NCBI RefSeq assembly: GCF_006345805.1
Contig: NC_042999.1
Span: 81,158,001-81,222,000 of the forward strand
DNA length: 64,000 nt
Reading direction: 5' to 3'
From: Octopus sinensis
Lineage: Eukaryota
A model generated the notes under the pieces. The model saw nothing but the letters and a program-made list of their open reading frames with translations, made no database searches and was not told the DNA's origin. Positions 41,075 through 53,625 of the stretch are shown piece by piece (position 1 is the first letter of the stretch; every line of letters begins with the position of its first letter). The translations under genes were made by a program, and so were the position numbers.

Positions 41075-41600
41075 TGTTGATTATTTCCGGTTTATTTTCG
41101 GATTCAGAAACCTTATAAAATATTCTTCTTTTGCCTTTCGAAGTAGGTCGTTTTCTTCATTAATTTTATAAAAGGGGAAATTGTGAATTTTCCTTCAGCA
41201 CAGGTGTCTAAGTGGTCACTGCATGGTATGCATCTAAGCAAGGAATGTTTTATTTGGTGTCTATGCACATTCAAACGGTTGGTCACTTGCATGGTTTCTG
41301 TCTCTGATGTGAATCTTGCCTTAGTTAGACGTCTCTTACTGTCTGTTGGTTGTCTTCGGTTGTTGACCTGTTGTTCCTCAAGTATTTGTCGGCGACTTGG
41401 GGACTGGTGTAGAATTGGTAAGAGGTGTTTGGCTGATTGTAGAATATTGTGGTTCCTGGGACTGTAGGTGATAACAGATGGAACATCGTTATATGTATCT
41501 TCTTGTTTAGCTTCCGTGTGAGTGCTTTCTCGTAAGCTAAGGATCGGAATATCCTTAGCTTTAGCTATAGTTCGTTCTATTAGTTTGGAGGGGTATTTTT
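41075..41600 (-). mobile_element. Penelope-like element C-terminus with an internal deletion
   Basis: KYPSKLIERTIAKAK..VPSVITYSPRNHNI..RRQP..RLTKARF..VT|NRLNVHRHQIK..SDHLDTC..KFTI, then (after a frameshift) LRKAKEEYFI..NPKIN. Confidence 0.8.
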
Positions 41601-41814
41601 GTTATTTTTTATTCTCGTCTATTTGTTTTCAAAATTATTGTGCATATTCATCTTTTCATATTATGTATCAAGTAATTTCTTAAATACTCTCCCTCTCTCT
41701 TTCTCTCTCTCTCTTTCTCCCCCCCTCTCTCTCTACACATATATATATATATATATACACACACATTCATTTATATCTTCCTATTTTATCATAATCTTTT
41801 AATCGTGTACCAAA

Positions 41815-42065
41815 CTGCTTTTCTCTTTATATTTGTTCCGGTCGTTAAACTGCAGCCACGCTGAGGCACTGCCTTACAAAAATGTTAGTTTAGTCTAACG
41901 AGTATTTATTAGTCGACCGGAGTACTTATTATTTTTCATGAAGCTTATACTTAGTTCATCTGTCTCCTTTGCTGAACCGCTATGTCACAGCGAAGTAAAA
42001 CACTAATACCAGTTGTCAAGTGATAGTGGGAGTGTGTGACAAACACAGACACAGATACACAGAAA
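41815..42065 (-). mobile_element. Degenerate 3' half of SINE family A
   Basis: ctgcagccacgctgaggcactgcc..agtacttatt..gctgaaccgctatgtcac..aaacactaataccagttgtcaagtg. Confidence 0.6.
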
Positions 42066-42744
42066 CATATGTGTGTATGTACTTTCTACAGTAGAGTAAT
42101 ATCCTTTGAAGTGGTGCTTATTTGAAGAACACTAGTCTCTAAGTTGTATAGACTGGCTATGATAAATACATATAGAATTATTCAAGTCACTCCATTTATG
42201 AACATAAAGGCGCGATAATTATGTAAGTTGCATTGTTTGCATATTGGACGTAATTATTACTGAACGTATACAGAATGGAAATTATATTGTTTGTGACAGT
42301 AACGTGTGAAGGAATACATGATAGATAGATTAATCAGCAGCAGTAACAGCAACAACGTTTATAACCACAGAAATAGTAAATTGAAAACATAGCACAACAG
42401 TAACATGAGGGAATTTATCCAGAGAATATATTACATGTTAAACATGACAGTGCTCTTGTAAACCGCTTCAACCTCGTCGTCGTCGTTGTCGACGCTGCCC
42501 GGCGTTGCCGCCGCTACCGCTGCCGCCGCTGCCGCCGCTGCCGCTGCCGCCGTTTCCGCTGTTGCCGCCTCTGTCGTTGTCGCTCTCGCCGCTGCCGTTG
42601 TCGCTCCTACCGTCATCACTGTCTTCGTTGAGACCACAATGGTAACAGTAGCAGAAACAGCTGTGGACGAATGAAGGTACATGTAACTAGGAGTGCTACA
42701 AGGGGACAGGATATTGTAAAGAGAAATGAAATGCCGCAAAAAAA

Positions 42745-43574
42745 TACATTAAAAAAAATTAGGAAAGTGCTCGAAACAAAATGAAATGGCGTGAATATCA
42801 TTAACAGTATAAATAAAGAGGCTGTGCCGTATTGAGATACACTGTTTCTGAAATGGATAAAGGTCAACATACAGAAATTGTGTACAAGAACTAGAAAGCT
42901 CCTAACAAGGCACAACGCATTTCATTCCAGAAGTAATACCGACCGACTCTATCTAGCAAGAAAGGACGATGGAAGAGGATTGCGAAATGCAGAAGACACT
43001 GTTAGTATTGCGATACTGTGTCTGAAAACTTATGTTGCGCAAAGTAAAGAAAGAATACTTTCGGCAGCCAGAGATAAAGAAAAAGCGAATGAAACATTTG
43101 CAGAGTTCAAACAGAAAAAGTAGAACCACTGAGCAAACAGATGAAAAGAGATGGAATTTCCCCATCAAGTCATGCAACAAACCAAGAATAATGTAAGTAA
43201 ATTTCGATAGATTTGGTTGACGTCCGGGGAGTTGAAACGAGAGACAAAATACGCTAATTATACTCGCTCAAGCGCAAGCACTTAGAAAAAACCTGAAAAA
43301 AGCAAAGATTAGAAAAACTCAGTCAGACAGCAAAAATTAGAATCTGCAAGAAAGGAGAAAAAGTATCAATCACATTTTGAGTGAGTGCAGCATACTAGCA
43401 GAAAAGGAGTATAAGCGCGGGCGTGAATGTGTAGAAATGGTACAAAAGTTTTGCTTCTTTCGCTTGGCCAGAATCATAAGATGATATTAGATAATTAAGA
43501 AGAACAGATAGCAGGTAGCAACTTAAATATGCATACAAGACTCTAGGAGCTCCAGCCAAATCTGAGTAAAAAGG

Positions 43575-43575
<1 letters not shown>
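42745..43575 (+). mobile_element. Decayed R4/Dong-type fragment (thumb to knuckle) ending in a long (AAT)n array
   Basis: TRTRKLLTRHNAFHSRSNTDRLYLARKDDGRGLRNAED..ERILSAAR; remnant knuckle region ICKKGE.. near 43345-43430; (AAT)n starts at 43575. Confidence 0.85.
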
Positions 43576-43627
<52 letters not shown>

Positions 43628-43656
43628 TAATAATAGTAATAGTAATAATAATAATA

Positions 43657-43697
<41 letters not shown>

Positions 43698-43700
43698 GTA

Positions 43701-43778
<78 letters not shown>

Positions 43779-43781
43779 GTA

Positions 43782-43835
<54 letters not shown>

Positions 43836-43838
43836 GTA

Positions 43839-43890
<52 letters not shown>
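43575..43890. repeat. (AAT)n array with a recurring AGT-AAT-AGT variant block
   Basis: agtaatagt recurs near 43635, 43697, 43778 and 43835. Confidence 0.9.
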
Positions 43891-44705
43891 CATGGATGTG
43901 CTACACCGGGTTCTCCATTCAAAAACAAATCTAATCTAATAACATCGGTGGAATGGGATAAATAAACCTGTGAAAGAGTTGAATGAAACGGTCTTTTAAC
44001 GAAAATAATCAGGAAAACGAAATTTTACTGCCATACAAAGCACAGTTTCTCCTACGCACCTTGTCTATGTGAAAAATGTGCGAAACACACGCGAAATCAT
44101 CACCGGAAAGTTAACAAATTATAAAATAGAAATGGAAGAAAACATTAAGTACATAAATTGAGTAATTACGCATACACTCGAATGTCTACACTATCATATA
44201 AGTATATTTTAATAACCAGAGGACCAAACATACATACCAATGTTTACACAACTACGAAAAATGTATATGACACATATACACGCATATACAAAAACGAAGC
44301 AAAAACAAAACACAAAACAAAATATATATTATTTTTTTCGGACTAGCACAGACAGAATGAACAAGTCATAAGTTTAAAATCATCACATAAAAACTCTGAA
44401 CAAAGATAAATCTATCAACAGCAAAAACGAAAACTACCATTTCTCTCTGTGCGGTCTCACAAAAGACCATATTTAGTAAATCTTAAAACTTTATTATCTA
44501 AAACTCGTTTTCTTTTCTTTGTTTTTACTCTTCCTGAGTATTCGAAAATGCAAACATTCTTTTCATTGCTAAAGTCCTATTGTATTCTCCAACGAACATC
44601 ACAAGATGGCATAAAAACTTTAATATATTACCCAAATATGTAAACGCCTTTTATTGCAGCAACAAAATTGAAGTCAGAAATTCAAAGATTCAACGACGTG
44701 AATAT

Positions 44706-44745
<40 letters not shown>

Positions 44746-44813
44746 CTGTGTGTCTGTGTGTGTATGTGTGTATGTGTGTGTGTGTGTGTGTGTGTGTCTA
44801 TATATATATATAT

Positions 44814-44853
<40 letters not shown>

Positions 44854-44879
44854 AAGGGTGGAAAGGAACACACGAGTTG

Positions 44880-45506
44880 ATATATATGAAAAAACAAGTC
44901 AAAAATAGAAAATGCTAAGATAATTTTATAGTGAATCTTTCAGTACCGGTTTCGGTCATTTTGAGACCTTTTCAACTGTAACGATTAAATAATTATATTT
45001 AGAAAAATTAGAAGAAAAGTTTTTTTAAAAGAATATTTCTATAGTAATGTTCAGATATAAGTAGCATTCTGCCTTTCTCTGACTCCCTTGTTTGCACTTT
45101 TGTGTTCGAGGTCGTTGTGAGTTCTTGGTAGGGTAGGTGGAGAATAAGGAGGCTGATGTGGAGAGGGGGTGGGGAAATCTGGGAATTCCTTGATGGTCGT
45201 ATTTTGAATGGTCAGTGGCTGACAGCAGTCGCAGTTCAATTCAGGAATTGTTTATGGAATTTGCGTAGGCGTTATACTGAAAGACATTAGTGACAAGGTT
45301 AAGGGGTGGAAGGTGGAGAAGTAGAAGAAGAAGAAGAAGATGACGATGTTGATGATGATGATGATGATGATGAAGAAGAAGAAGAAGAAGAAGAAGAAGA
45401 TGAAGAAGAAGAAGAAGAAGAAGAAGAAGAAGGAGGAACACATAGATACTTGTACTGAAAGATTCACTATAAAATTATCTTAGCATTTTCTATTTTTGAC
45501 TTGTTT

Positions 45507-45518
<12 letters not shown>
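44880..45518 (-). mobile_element. Non-coding element with perfect inverted repeats of about 67 bp, an internal (CTT)n tract and a hammerhead (PLE terminus-like)
   Basis: 44880-44946 is the exact reverse complement of 45452-45518; flanked by (TA)n; tail similar to 14165-14260. Confidence 0.85.
44941..44978 (-). ncRNA. Minimal type I hammerhead ribozyme motif, U3-A8 core variant, all stems intact
   Basis: cag-TTGAAAA-ggtc-tcaaaat-gacc-GAAA-ccgg-TA-ctg; palindromic ACCGGT at stem III. Confidence 0.75.
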
Positions 45519-45540
<22 letters not shown>

Positions 45541-45543
<3 letters not shown>

Positions 45544-46085
45544 TAAACAGTAAAATTAATTACAGACATGGACAAGAACATGAAACACCACAGAGACGAC
45601 ACAAGAACCACAGGACGGGACATTCGAAGCCCTCAGTCATCAGTCAAGAACCAGATCATCTTAGCAATTTGGCTGATTAATCTTGAGATTGCTCCGATAT
45701 GGCCAGCCCGCCAAGGGAAATCTAAGCCAAGCGATTAGATCCCTGGAAGAAAGCTTCGAATGTATACAACGAAAGGACGAAAACGATCGAAGTACACAAA
45801 CAAAAATACAGAATACGTGACACCAATAAGAATACAAAAACGTAAAAACAATAACGGTAAAAATAAAAATAAAAATAAACAACAAAACAAAACCAGGACG
45901 TAGGACAAGGGTCTTTCGACAGGACGATTTGAGAATGGGGCTGGCTTGTGAAGTTGTGCCTAAAGGCCACGGGGAGACGAACAAATACGTGTTGCTTCTG
46001 AGGCTGCTGAAAACGAAAAGAGCGCTCAACAGCGGCTAGCTGTCACGTGAGAACAAAAGACAGGAGAAAGGGACAGATGAAAAGG
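45541..46085. repeat. Unclassified interspersed repeat with a related fragment at about 8885-9040 in the opposite orientation
   Basis: gacgggacattcgaagccctcagtc..aagaaccagatcatcttagcaattt versus the reverse complement of aaattgcgaggatgatccgattcttgactgaaggcttcgaatgtcccgtc. Confidence 0.6.
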
Positions 46086-46747
46086 GAGAGAAGGTGGACA
46101 TATATACATATTATTATTTTTCTACCAGTAATTACAAATAGAGCAGCTTGAATTACTTCTTTTCAAGGCAGCGCTCTCAGTGGTCAATGGTAGCAGTAAC
46201 CACATTTGACCTATGTTGACCCAACGGATGTAAAAATTCTTTTGTCTCTATTGCTGACTTCCCCTACAATCTGCTGAATCTATTTATAGATCTGTCAAAT
46301 ATTATCTATGCACCAAGCTGCTATCCAACTATTTTCTTCAAGAATTACATATTTATTATTATCTCAAGTACAACACAAAAGTTGAAAATAAGAACATTTA
46401 GTGAAATCTTTTAATAAGAAATATAAATAGTAAAAATGATAATAATAATGGTAGTGGCGGTCATAGTGATAATGATAAGAATAAAAATAATAATATGTTA
46501 CAGCTGCTACTACTATTAGTAGGAATATGAAGCCTAAATTGCACCCTTACCACTACCACCAACCCTGCTACTGTTGCTGTTGCTGCAACCACTCCCGCTA
46601 CTACACATGAAAACAATAATATCAGTGATGATAATTATAATAATAATGAAAGGAAACATCCATGGACTGATTAATGATACATTTTGTGATGGTGGATGGT
46701 GTCACAATAAAAATACTGGTAATTGCGCAACCTGATAATCGCTAGCT

Positions 46748-47270
46748 CATATGAGTGACAATGAAAAAACAAAATATTGTGAATAACGGTGGTAATGAAA
46801 CTGAAGCCAATGATAGTGAAGGCTCAGAGATTCCGCTCCGGCTCCAGCCTGTCGATATCCAGAAAGTGACCACCACACACGGTGTAGATGGAGCAAGTAA
46901 ATTAATGCTGTGTTCATGGAGTGTTACTATCTGAGCAGCCCGATAGATAGAAATAGTGCTCGACTTAGGGGTTACCGACAACGTATGTATGATCATTGAA
47001 GAGAAAAGGGATAGTTTCAACTCACCGAACAGAGACTACGTGATCAAGCTAGAGCAATAAGAAAAGTATCGTTGGTTCACAGAAGTAGAACTCGAAAGTA
47101 TCAAAGGACGGGTCTTGGAAAATAGCACCAGAGTTAGCAATGAAAATACAGTTCTTACTAATAAGAGTAATCTCATAGTACAGGAAAAGAGCAGTGGTAG
47201 TTTGCTTGATGAGAGAAATATAGATGATCTAAAAGAAGACAATAAAACTAATGGCGACATGACAGGTGAA
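46748..47270 (+). mobile_element. N-terminal (Myb-like) region of an R4/Dong-type ORF, decayed
   Basis: RCRWSK*INAVFMECYYLSSP..RGYRQRMYDH*REKG*FQLTEQRLRDQARAIRK..WFTEVELESIK. Confidence 0.75.
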
Positions 47271-47341
47271 CAAAAGGCAATCTAGGACATATTAACATCA
47301 ACAACAACACCACCAACAATAATAATATTATTAATAATAAT

Positions 47342-48528
47342 CTGTGCACAAATTGCAGGGAGTGACTAGTCGGAGACTAGCAAAGTACTCTGAGATTTTT
47401 CCAATCCAAAGAGATCAGAAGCTAGTGCATAACAGATCGCTCCTAGTAGTGGTGGATAAGGTGCACCATATATGCTATGTAGTTGACTTTGCATGCCCCT
47501 TTGACCCACGAATAGTAAAGAAGGAAGTCGAAAAGATAGATAGATGCAACCCTCGTAAGTACGAAACAACACGGCTATGAAAAATGAAGGTGAAGATAGT
47601 GCCAATTATTGGTGGTCCTTGGGAAGAGTATCAGAAGGCAATAAGGGGTATATAAACGAAATGGGAATAGAGTGCCCAGAAGAAGTGTCACAAAAGTTTT
47701 TCCTCCTTGGCACAGTCACAATAATCAGGCAAGTATTAGATAGTTGAAAAGAACGGATAGCATAGTAGTAAGCCCGCTACGCATGCAAGGTCCAGGAGAA
47801 ACTTTCAAAAATAGAAAGATCAATAGAGTAACAATAAGAGGATCACAACAAACCACAACACATACCAAAGGCACACACAGCTGCGCTCCGTATTTCAGTG
47901 AAAGCACGTGATAAAAATAATACTACTAAATAATAATAATGATGATGATGATAACAACAACAACAACAACAACAACTACAACAACAACAACAACAATAAT
48001 AATAATAATGATAAAGGATGTCATTAACATCTAGATAACATCTCAGAAAAGCCAAGTGCCAGAGAAATCTAAAAAGCTTGTGCTAACAAGAACTGCCCAC
48101 ATCCTTAGAAAAACTTTATCAGTTTAAATGTCTTTGTTGTGTTACATAAAAATATTTGGCTGCTGCCTCTGCTACTTCCCTGTCCAAGCTTGCAGTCATA
48201 CTGTAACATCTCTTATTCTTCACTCACCGTAGGACTCTGGGTATTTCTTAGCAGATTAAATGTAAATAATCATAACAATATTAATTTATCATCGATAATA
48301 ATAATAGTGATAATAATAACAACAACAACAACAATAATAATAATAAGGACTTACAAACACATATAACATACAGAAAATTCCACTACTAGGCACTGCACTC
48401 ATCCTACGCAGAATACTTTCAATACAGTAACCATCAGAGCATCACAACAAATCACAGCACATACCCAAGGCACACAGAGCTACGCTCGGTAGTGAAGTGA
48501 AATATGTTATAAAAATAAAACTACTGAA
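47342..48528 (+). mobile_element. Stack of R4/Dong-type 3' ends separated by (AAT)/(AAC) tracts: 47342-47800, 47837-47920, 48015-48270, 48347-48528
   Basis: CYVVDFACPFDPRIVKKEVEK..LLGTVTIIRQVLDS*; VLTRTAHILRKTLSV*; LLGTALILRRILSIQ*; the 3' UTR atcacaacaaa.cacagcacatacccaaggcacacagagct occurs twice. Confidence 0.85.
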
Positions 48529-48530
48529 TG

Positions 48531-48608
<78 letters not shown>

Positions 48609-49399
48609 TTAATGATGATGGTAATGATAATAATAATAACAATAACTACATTAATGATAATAGTAATAATCATGATAAAAACATCAACAATAATAATGAT
48701 AATGATAAAAATGTTAATGATAATTTATTCACATGGTCTGATTTATTAATTAGGTTTCTGGTTTAATCCCTAGGTCAGTAATTTTGAGGAAAAGGATGCA
48801 ATGCTGGTGTTTGGAACTAAAATGGCATACAGTATGGTACTTCAGTAGTAATTCGAGATTACGAAATAGCATAACAAAGTTCTTTAGAAGGAGCCTGCTT
48901 TGATTATTCCAATTGAATCACTGGGATAACTGCAAATAGAACAGATTTTATAAAATCACAAAATCTTCTTCTTATTGCTTTTGTTGCACATTACCGATAG
49001 TATTTGCGAAAAGGAAGGATTTAGGTAAGATTGGAGTGAAGAAACCATTTAATATTAATCTGCAGCTCATGAACAACGTGAAACTGTCGGAGAAGGGAAA
49101 AGAGGCTCATTCTTTAGTGCAAACTCTTTATCTAGCGAAGATTTACGAATGAAGTTAGGTATAAAGTGTGATGTGACACAATGGACGTAAGTACATTGGA
49201 ATGGAGATGACATGATAAAGGTGATTACATGAAGGATCTATTTAATGTTGAATATAATATTAAATTGAAGTAACATAACATTATCTATGAACTCATGGGA
49301 GGCATGAGTTATGATATAAAGAGCTGGAATAGTGAAAGGGAATGAAAGCGATCATCAGATGCCTAACAGAAAGACAGAGAAATAGAATTAAAGTCGACG

Positions 49400-50330
49400 A
49401 TTGATATGTTCTGAAAGGTTCACAAATGCTGTTTGGCATAAGAATCTGTGGTAGAGACTGCATACGCCATAGATAAAAATTGAAAAAAATTGAGACTGAG
49501 AAAACTGAAAGTCATGCAAGAGTTGAAAAACATTGTATTTTTTATTAAAATAAGAGTAACTGTGATAGGCTTAAATGGTGTAGTGATAAAAGGCCACCGT
49601 GGTGCAAATCCAAAGCAAATGTAACCATTGGTGTAAAAGAATTGAACTGACATTCGTTTAGAAGCACTAGGCAAACACCAGAATCGTAAAACGTCAAACT
49701 TCTAATGGGATGTACTTAAAATCTAAGCTTATGAAAGAATCTTAGAACTTTAATGATTGCAGGTGTATATCTGATTGGGTTAAAGCCATAACTTTAAGAA
49801 CGCCGAAGAAATAAAAGTGTGAGAATGGCATGGAATGACAAGCGGATTGCTTTTGAGAATTTACAACACTTGGATCCCAGGAGCACTAATCTTAATACGG
49901 TAACATCAACTTTGAAAATACATAAAACGCATCAAATACAAACAAAAGGGTAACTTATAAAAACAAAAGCATCTCCTGTAGAGGAATGCTCCAAGAAGAC
50001 TTCTCCTCTCTGGCTTAAATACCTGCAAACGACATGTTAAACAGAACAACCAGATGTGGATACAGGTGGTAAAATAAAGAAGCATCACTTTATATTGGTG
50101 AACTCGAGTTGAATGCTGCAAATAGGAACAAATAGATACAAAACTATAGAAAGAAACAGGGATGTACCAAAGAACTCAATTTGAGACTCAGCATTGGAAA
50201 ATATGCTAAGGCAACTTCGAAGAAGAGAAAACTATTTTAAAACAAGAACACCGAGAAAACGCAAACCTCCGCCAAAGCAACACCAACGTCCTCTCAAAGA
50301 TTAGCCAGAAATGAATTTTAAAATGAGAAT
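49400..50330 (+). mobile_element. Possible heavily decayed PLE-like remnant
   Basis: Fragmentary KLKVMQELKNIVF.. (N-terminal-like), tatattggtgaa (YIGE) near 50092 and GCTKELNLRLS; frames broken throughout. Confidence 0.3.
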
Positions 50331-50964
50331 ATCTAAAATAAACCCCACTGCCCTCACAAACGAGAATACTAAAAATGAACCCGACAGCTACACAAATTAA
50401 GTAGAAAAAATTAACCGGAAAAATAATCCAGAATCCTGATTAATCCCAATTCTAGTCATGGAAAGTGAAGGTGGCTGTAGAAAATTTAGTAACAGTAATA
50501 AATAGTTTATGCTTATCTACTACGAACCGAAGTTCACAATTTCACCATTCAAAATAGTTTCGAAAGCGGTCATAATAGTAATAATTTCTACTCAGGAATT
50601 TTAAAATTAATGGCATGAGACCTTTTGGTCTTCTCTTCTCTTAAATCCCGAACCTTCTTTTATTTCTGTTGATTCAGGTCGATGTATAGATGTATGTATA
50701 TATGTATGCACACTGTATATATATATATATATATTATATATATATATATATATATAATATATATATATATATAATAAAAATATGTTAGTGTTATTTAATT
50801 TCTGAACGGTTTGATTTCTTTATTCATTAGTTTCTAATAAGATAGAGACGCGAGTAAAATTAATAATAGAGAAACGAAAATAAAACAGCCCAAAGAGAGA
50901 TAACTGAGATGGACGTTAAAATCAACGTAAGATCATCTTCATGTAAAGTAAAATAAATATAAGA

Positions 50965-51135
50965 AATAATCCAGACTCCTTGTCCGGTACCGGATCGATC
51001 CCAAAATCGAATCAGTTCGGGCCAGTCACGTGGCTAAATATTTCTGTAAGTTTCATTCGAATCCATCTAGCAGTTTTTGAGACATCTTGTCCACGTACAA
51101 ACAAAACAAAGACGACTGAAAACAATACCTATGCT
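50965..51135 (+). mobile_element. Helitron/Helentron-like non-autonomous 3' end
   Basis: ccaaaatcgaatcagttc..aagtttcattcgaatccatctagcagtttttgagacatcttgtccacgtacaaacaaaacaaa..gactgaaaacaatacc resembles remembered termini of this class. Confidence 0.45.
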
Positions 51136-51254
51136 AAGGCAGAGATAATAACAGAACTAGACCAAAGCCAGAAAGACAAATACTTAGGAATCAGTGAACT
51201 AAATATTCCAAATATGATGTTGGTGACAACTAATCACACGTTCGTTTCAGTTTC

Positions 51255-51420
51255 TTTTGAACTTGTTTCTGTCATTTGACTGCGGCCATGCTGGAGCACC
51301 TTCTTTGTCGCCCAAATCGACCCTAGAGTTTATTCTTTACAAGCCTAATAATCATTCTATCGGTGTCTTTGCCGAACCGCTAAGTTACGGGGACGTAAAC
51401 ACACCAACATCGGTTGTCAA
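51255..51420 (-). mobile_element. 3' half of SINE family A
   Basis: gtcatttgactgcggccatgctggagcacc..gccgaaccgctaagttacggggacgtaaacacaccaacatcggttgtcaa. Confidence 0.85.
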
Positions 51421-51874
51421 AAGATCGTAGTGGAACAAACTTTCTTTCAGCTTAGTCCTTCAAGTATAAATCCACTTCTGTCCTTCGTAAGCCGATTTTT
51501 CACATGCGTTCTAATTAATTTTTCCACCGTCCAGGCAAAAACAGCCCTTATTGTCTGTTCCCTGTCCTGTTCCTTTATTTGTACTGTTTTTCCTTCATTT
51601 GTATTGCTCTTACGTCCTGTTTTTGTCACTTGTTTTACCCCTCTGCAAAAGAATTTTATTTAATTCCTTTTGCAGGAAGGACTGCTTCGACTGTGTTCTG
51701 TCCTTACCTTCGAAACACACTTTGAGTCGAACCAGGGACACCTGATGAAGGGGAATTTTCCTTGTATTGTTTGTCCTGTACTCTGTTTTTTCGTTGTTTA
51801 AAAAAGTCCGTTTCCTTGTTTGATTTTATGTTCTCGTCTCTCGTTGTGTTCTACGTTTATTGTGGTGTCCTGTA

Positions 51875-51932
<58 letters not shown>

Positions 51933-51934
<2 letters not shown>

Positions 51935-53216
51935 GTAATATAATAATAAGAGTAAATAATTTCTATAAAGGCTTTTAAAAAAACCCCAATTATTTACTGG
52001 TAGATTTCGGTATGTAAATATAGCCGATTACCGGCAGGAACTTCTGTAAAGTTCAGTATATATATTGTATATAAGAAAAAGGGACAGGCAAACAGGTTGC
52101 TTGACCGCATACCAAAAAAATAGAAATAGCAGTCAAGAATGCTTATTTCTATCAAAGTTGGACTCCGGGCATGACAAACCCTGTAATTCACATATGCAAA
52201 ACAGAAGGAATAGATAACGAAAACGAAGTCTGGCGGTTATCTGTGAACATCATGTTTCCGGATTATAAACATATTGAATATATATTCCATATATATTTGA
52301 TATATATTTCATATACATTGCATATATATTTCACATCCTTCTTCAGCACAGCTTTCCATTGAAAAAGATTTATCATAGATTTATCAAATGCTACGTACCT
52401 CAAACCTTCTGACCATGCGACATCAAAAATTTTGAAGAAAGTGAGCAAAAGCTAAACCTACATAGACGTTTGAATTCGTAAATCTTCCCTCCAAAATTTT
52501 GCCATGCGCATTACAAAAATAATTCCATAAGATGGGGAACTATTAGGTTGTCATGATGGAGTGAAAAATCCAAATAGTAATATAATAATAAGAGTAAATA
52601 ATTTCTATAAAGGCTTTTAAAAAAAACCCAATTATTTACTGGTAGAATTCGGTATGTAAATATAGCCGATTACCGGCAGGAACTTCTGTAAAGTTCAGTA
52701 TATATATTGTATATAAGAAAAAGGGACAGGCAAACAGGTTGCTTGACCGCATACCGAAAAAATAGAAATAGCAGTCAAGAATGCTTATTTCTATCAAAGT
52801 TGGACTCCGGGCATGACAAACCCTGTAATTCACATATGCAAAACAGAAGGAATAGATAACGAAAACGAAGTCTGGCGGTTATCTGTGAACATCATGTTTC
52901 TGGATTATAAACATATTGAATATATATTCCATATATATTTGATATATATTTCATATACATTGCATATATATTTCACATCCTTCTTCAGCACAGCTTTCCA
53001 TTGAAAAAGATTTATCATAGATTTATCAAATGCTACGTACCTCAAACCTTCTGACCATGCGACATCAAAAATTTTGAAGAAAGTGAGCAAAAGCTAAACC
53101 TACATAGACGTTTGAATTCGTAAATCTTCCCTCCAAAATTTTGCCATGCGCATTACAAAAATAATTCCATAAGATGGGGAACTATTAGGTTGTCATGAGG
53201 GAGTGAAAATCCAAAT
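51933..53216. repeat. Tandem duplication of a 642-bp unit
   Basis: Paired ORFs offset by exactly 642 (51994/52636, 52171/52813, 52263/52905); a few substitutions differ. Confidence 0.95.
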
Positions 53217-53228
53217 AGTAATATAATA

Positions 53229-53263
<35 letters not shown>

Positions 53264-53395
53264 TGTATATGTAAGTATGTGCATATATGCATGTAGATGT
53301 AAGTATGTGCATATATGTACGTATATATGCATATATTTTATTTATTTATTATATTACTATATGACCGAACGCACGCGTTATTTCTCTTCTCCAAG

Positions 53396-53456
<61 letters not shown>

Positions 53457-53464
53457 ATGTATAT

Positions 53465-53625
53465 ATAAGACGGACTGCTTTCAGTTTCCGTATATCAAGT
53501 CCTCTCACAAGGCTTTGGTCAACCCGAGGCTATAGCAGAAACTCTTGCCTAAGAGGCCACGTAGTGGGACTGAACTCGGAACCATGTGGTCAGGAATCAA
53601 GCATCTTACCACACAGCCACTCCTA
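53465..53625 (-). mobile_element. 5' half of SINE family A
   Basis: gacggactgctttcagtttccgt..aggctttggtcaacccgaggctatag..gtagtgggactgaactcggaaccatgtgg..ccacacagccactcct. Confidence 0.85.

Noticed and set aside
51695-51760. ccttcGAAAcacactttgagTC..gacacCTGATGAagggg as a type II hammerhead permutation
   Set aside because: Core words are in a feasible order but stems I and III have mismatches next to the core; a family consensus would be needed
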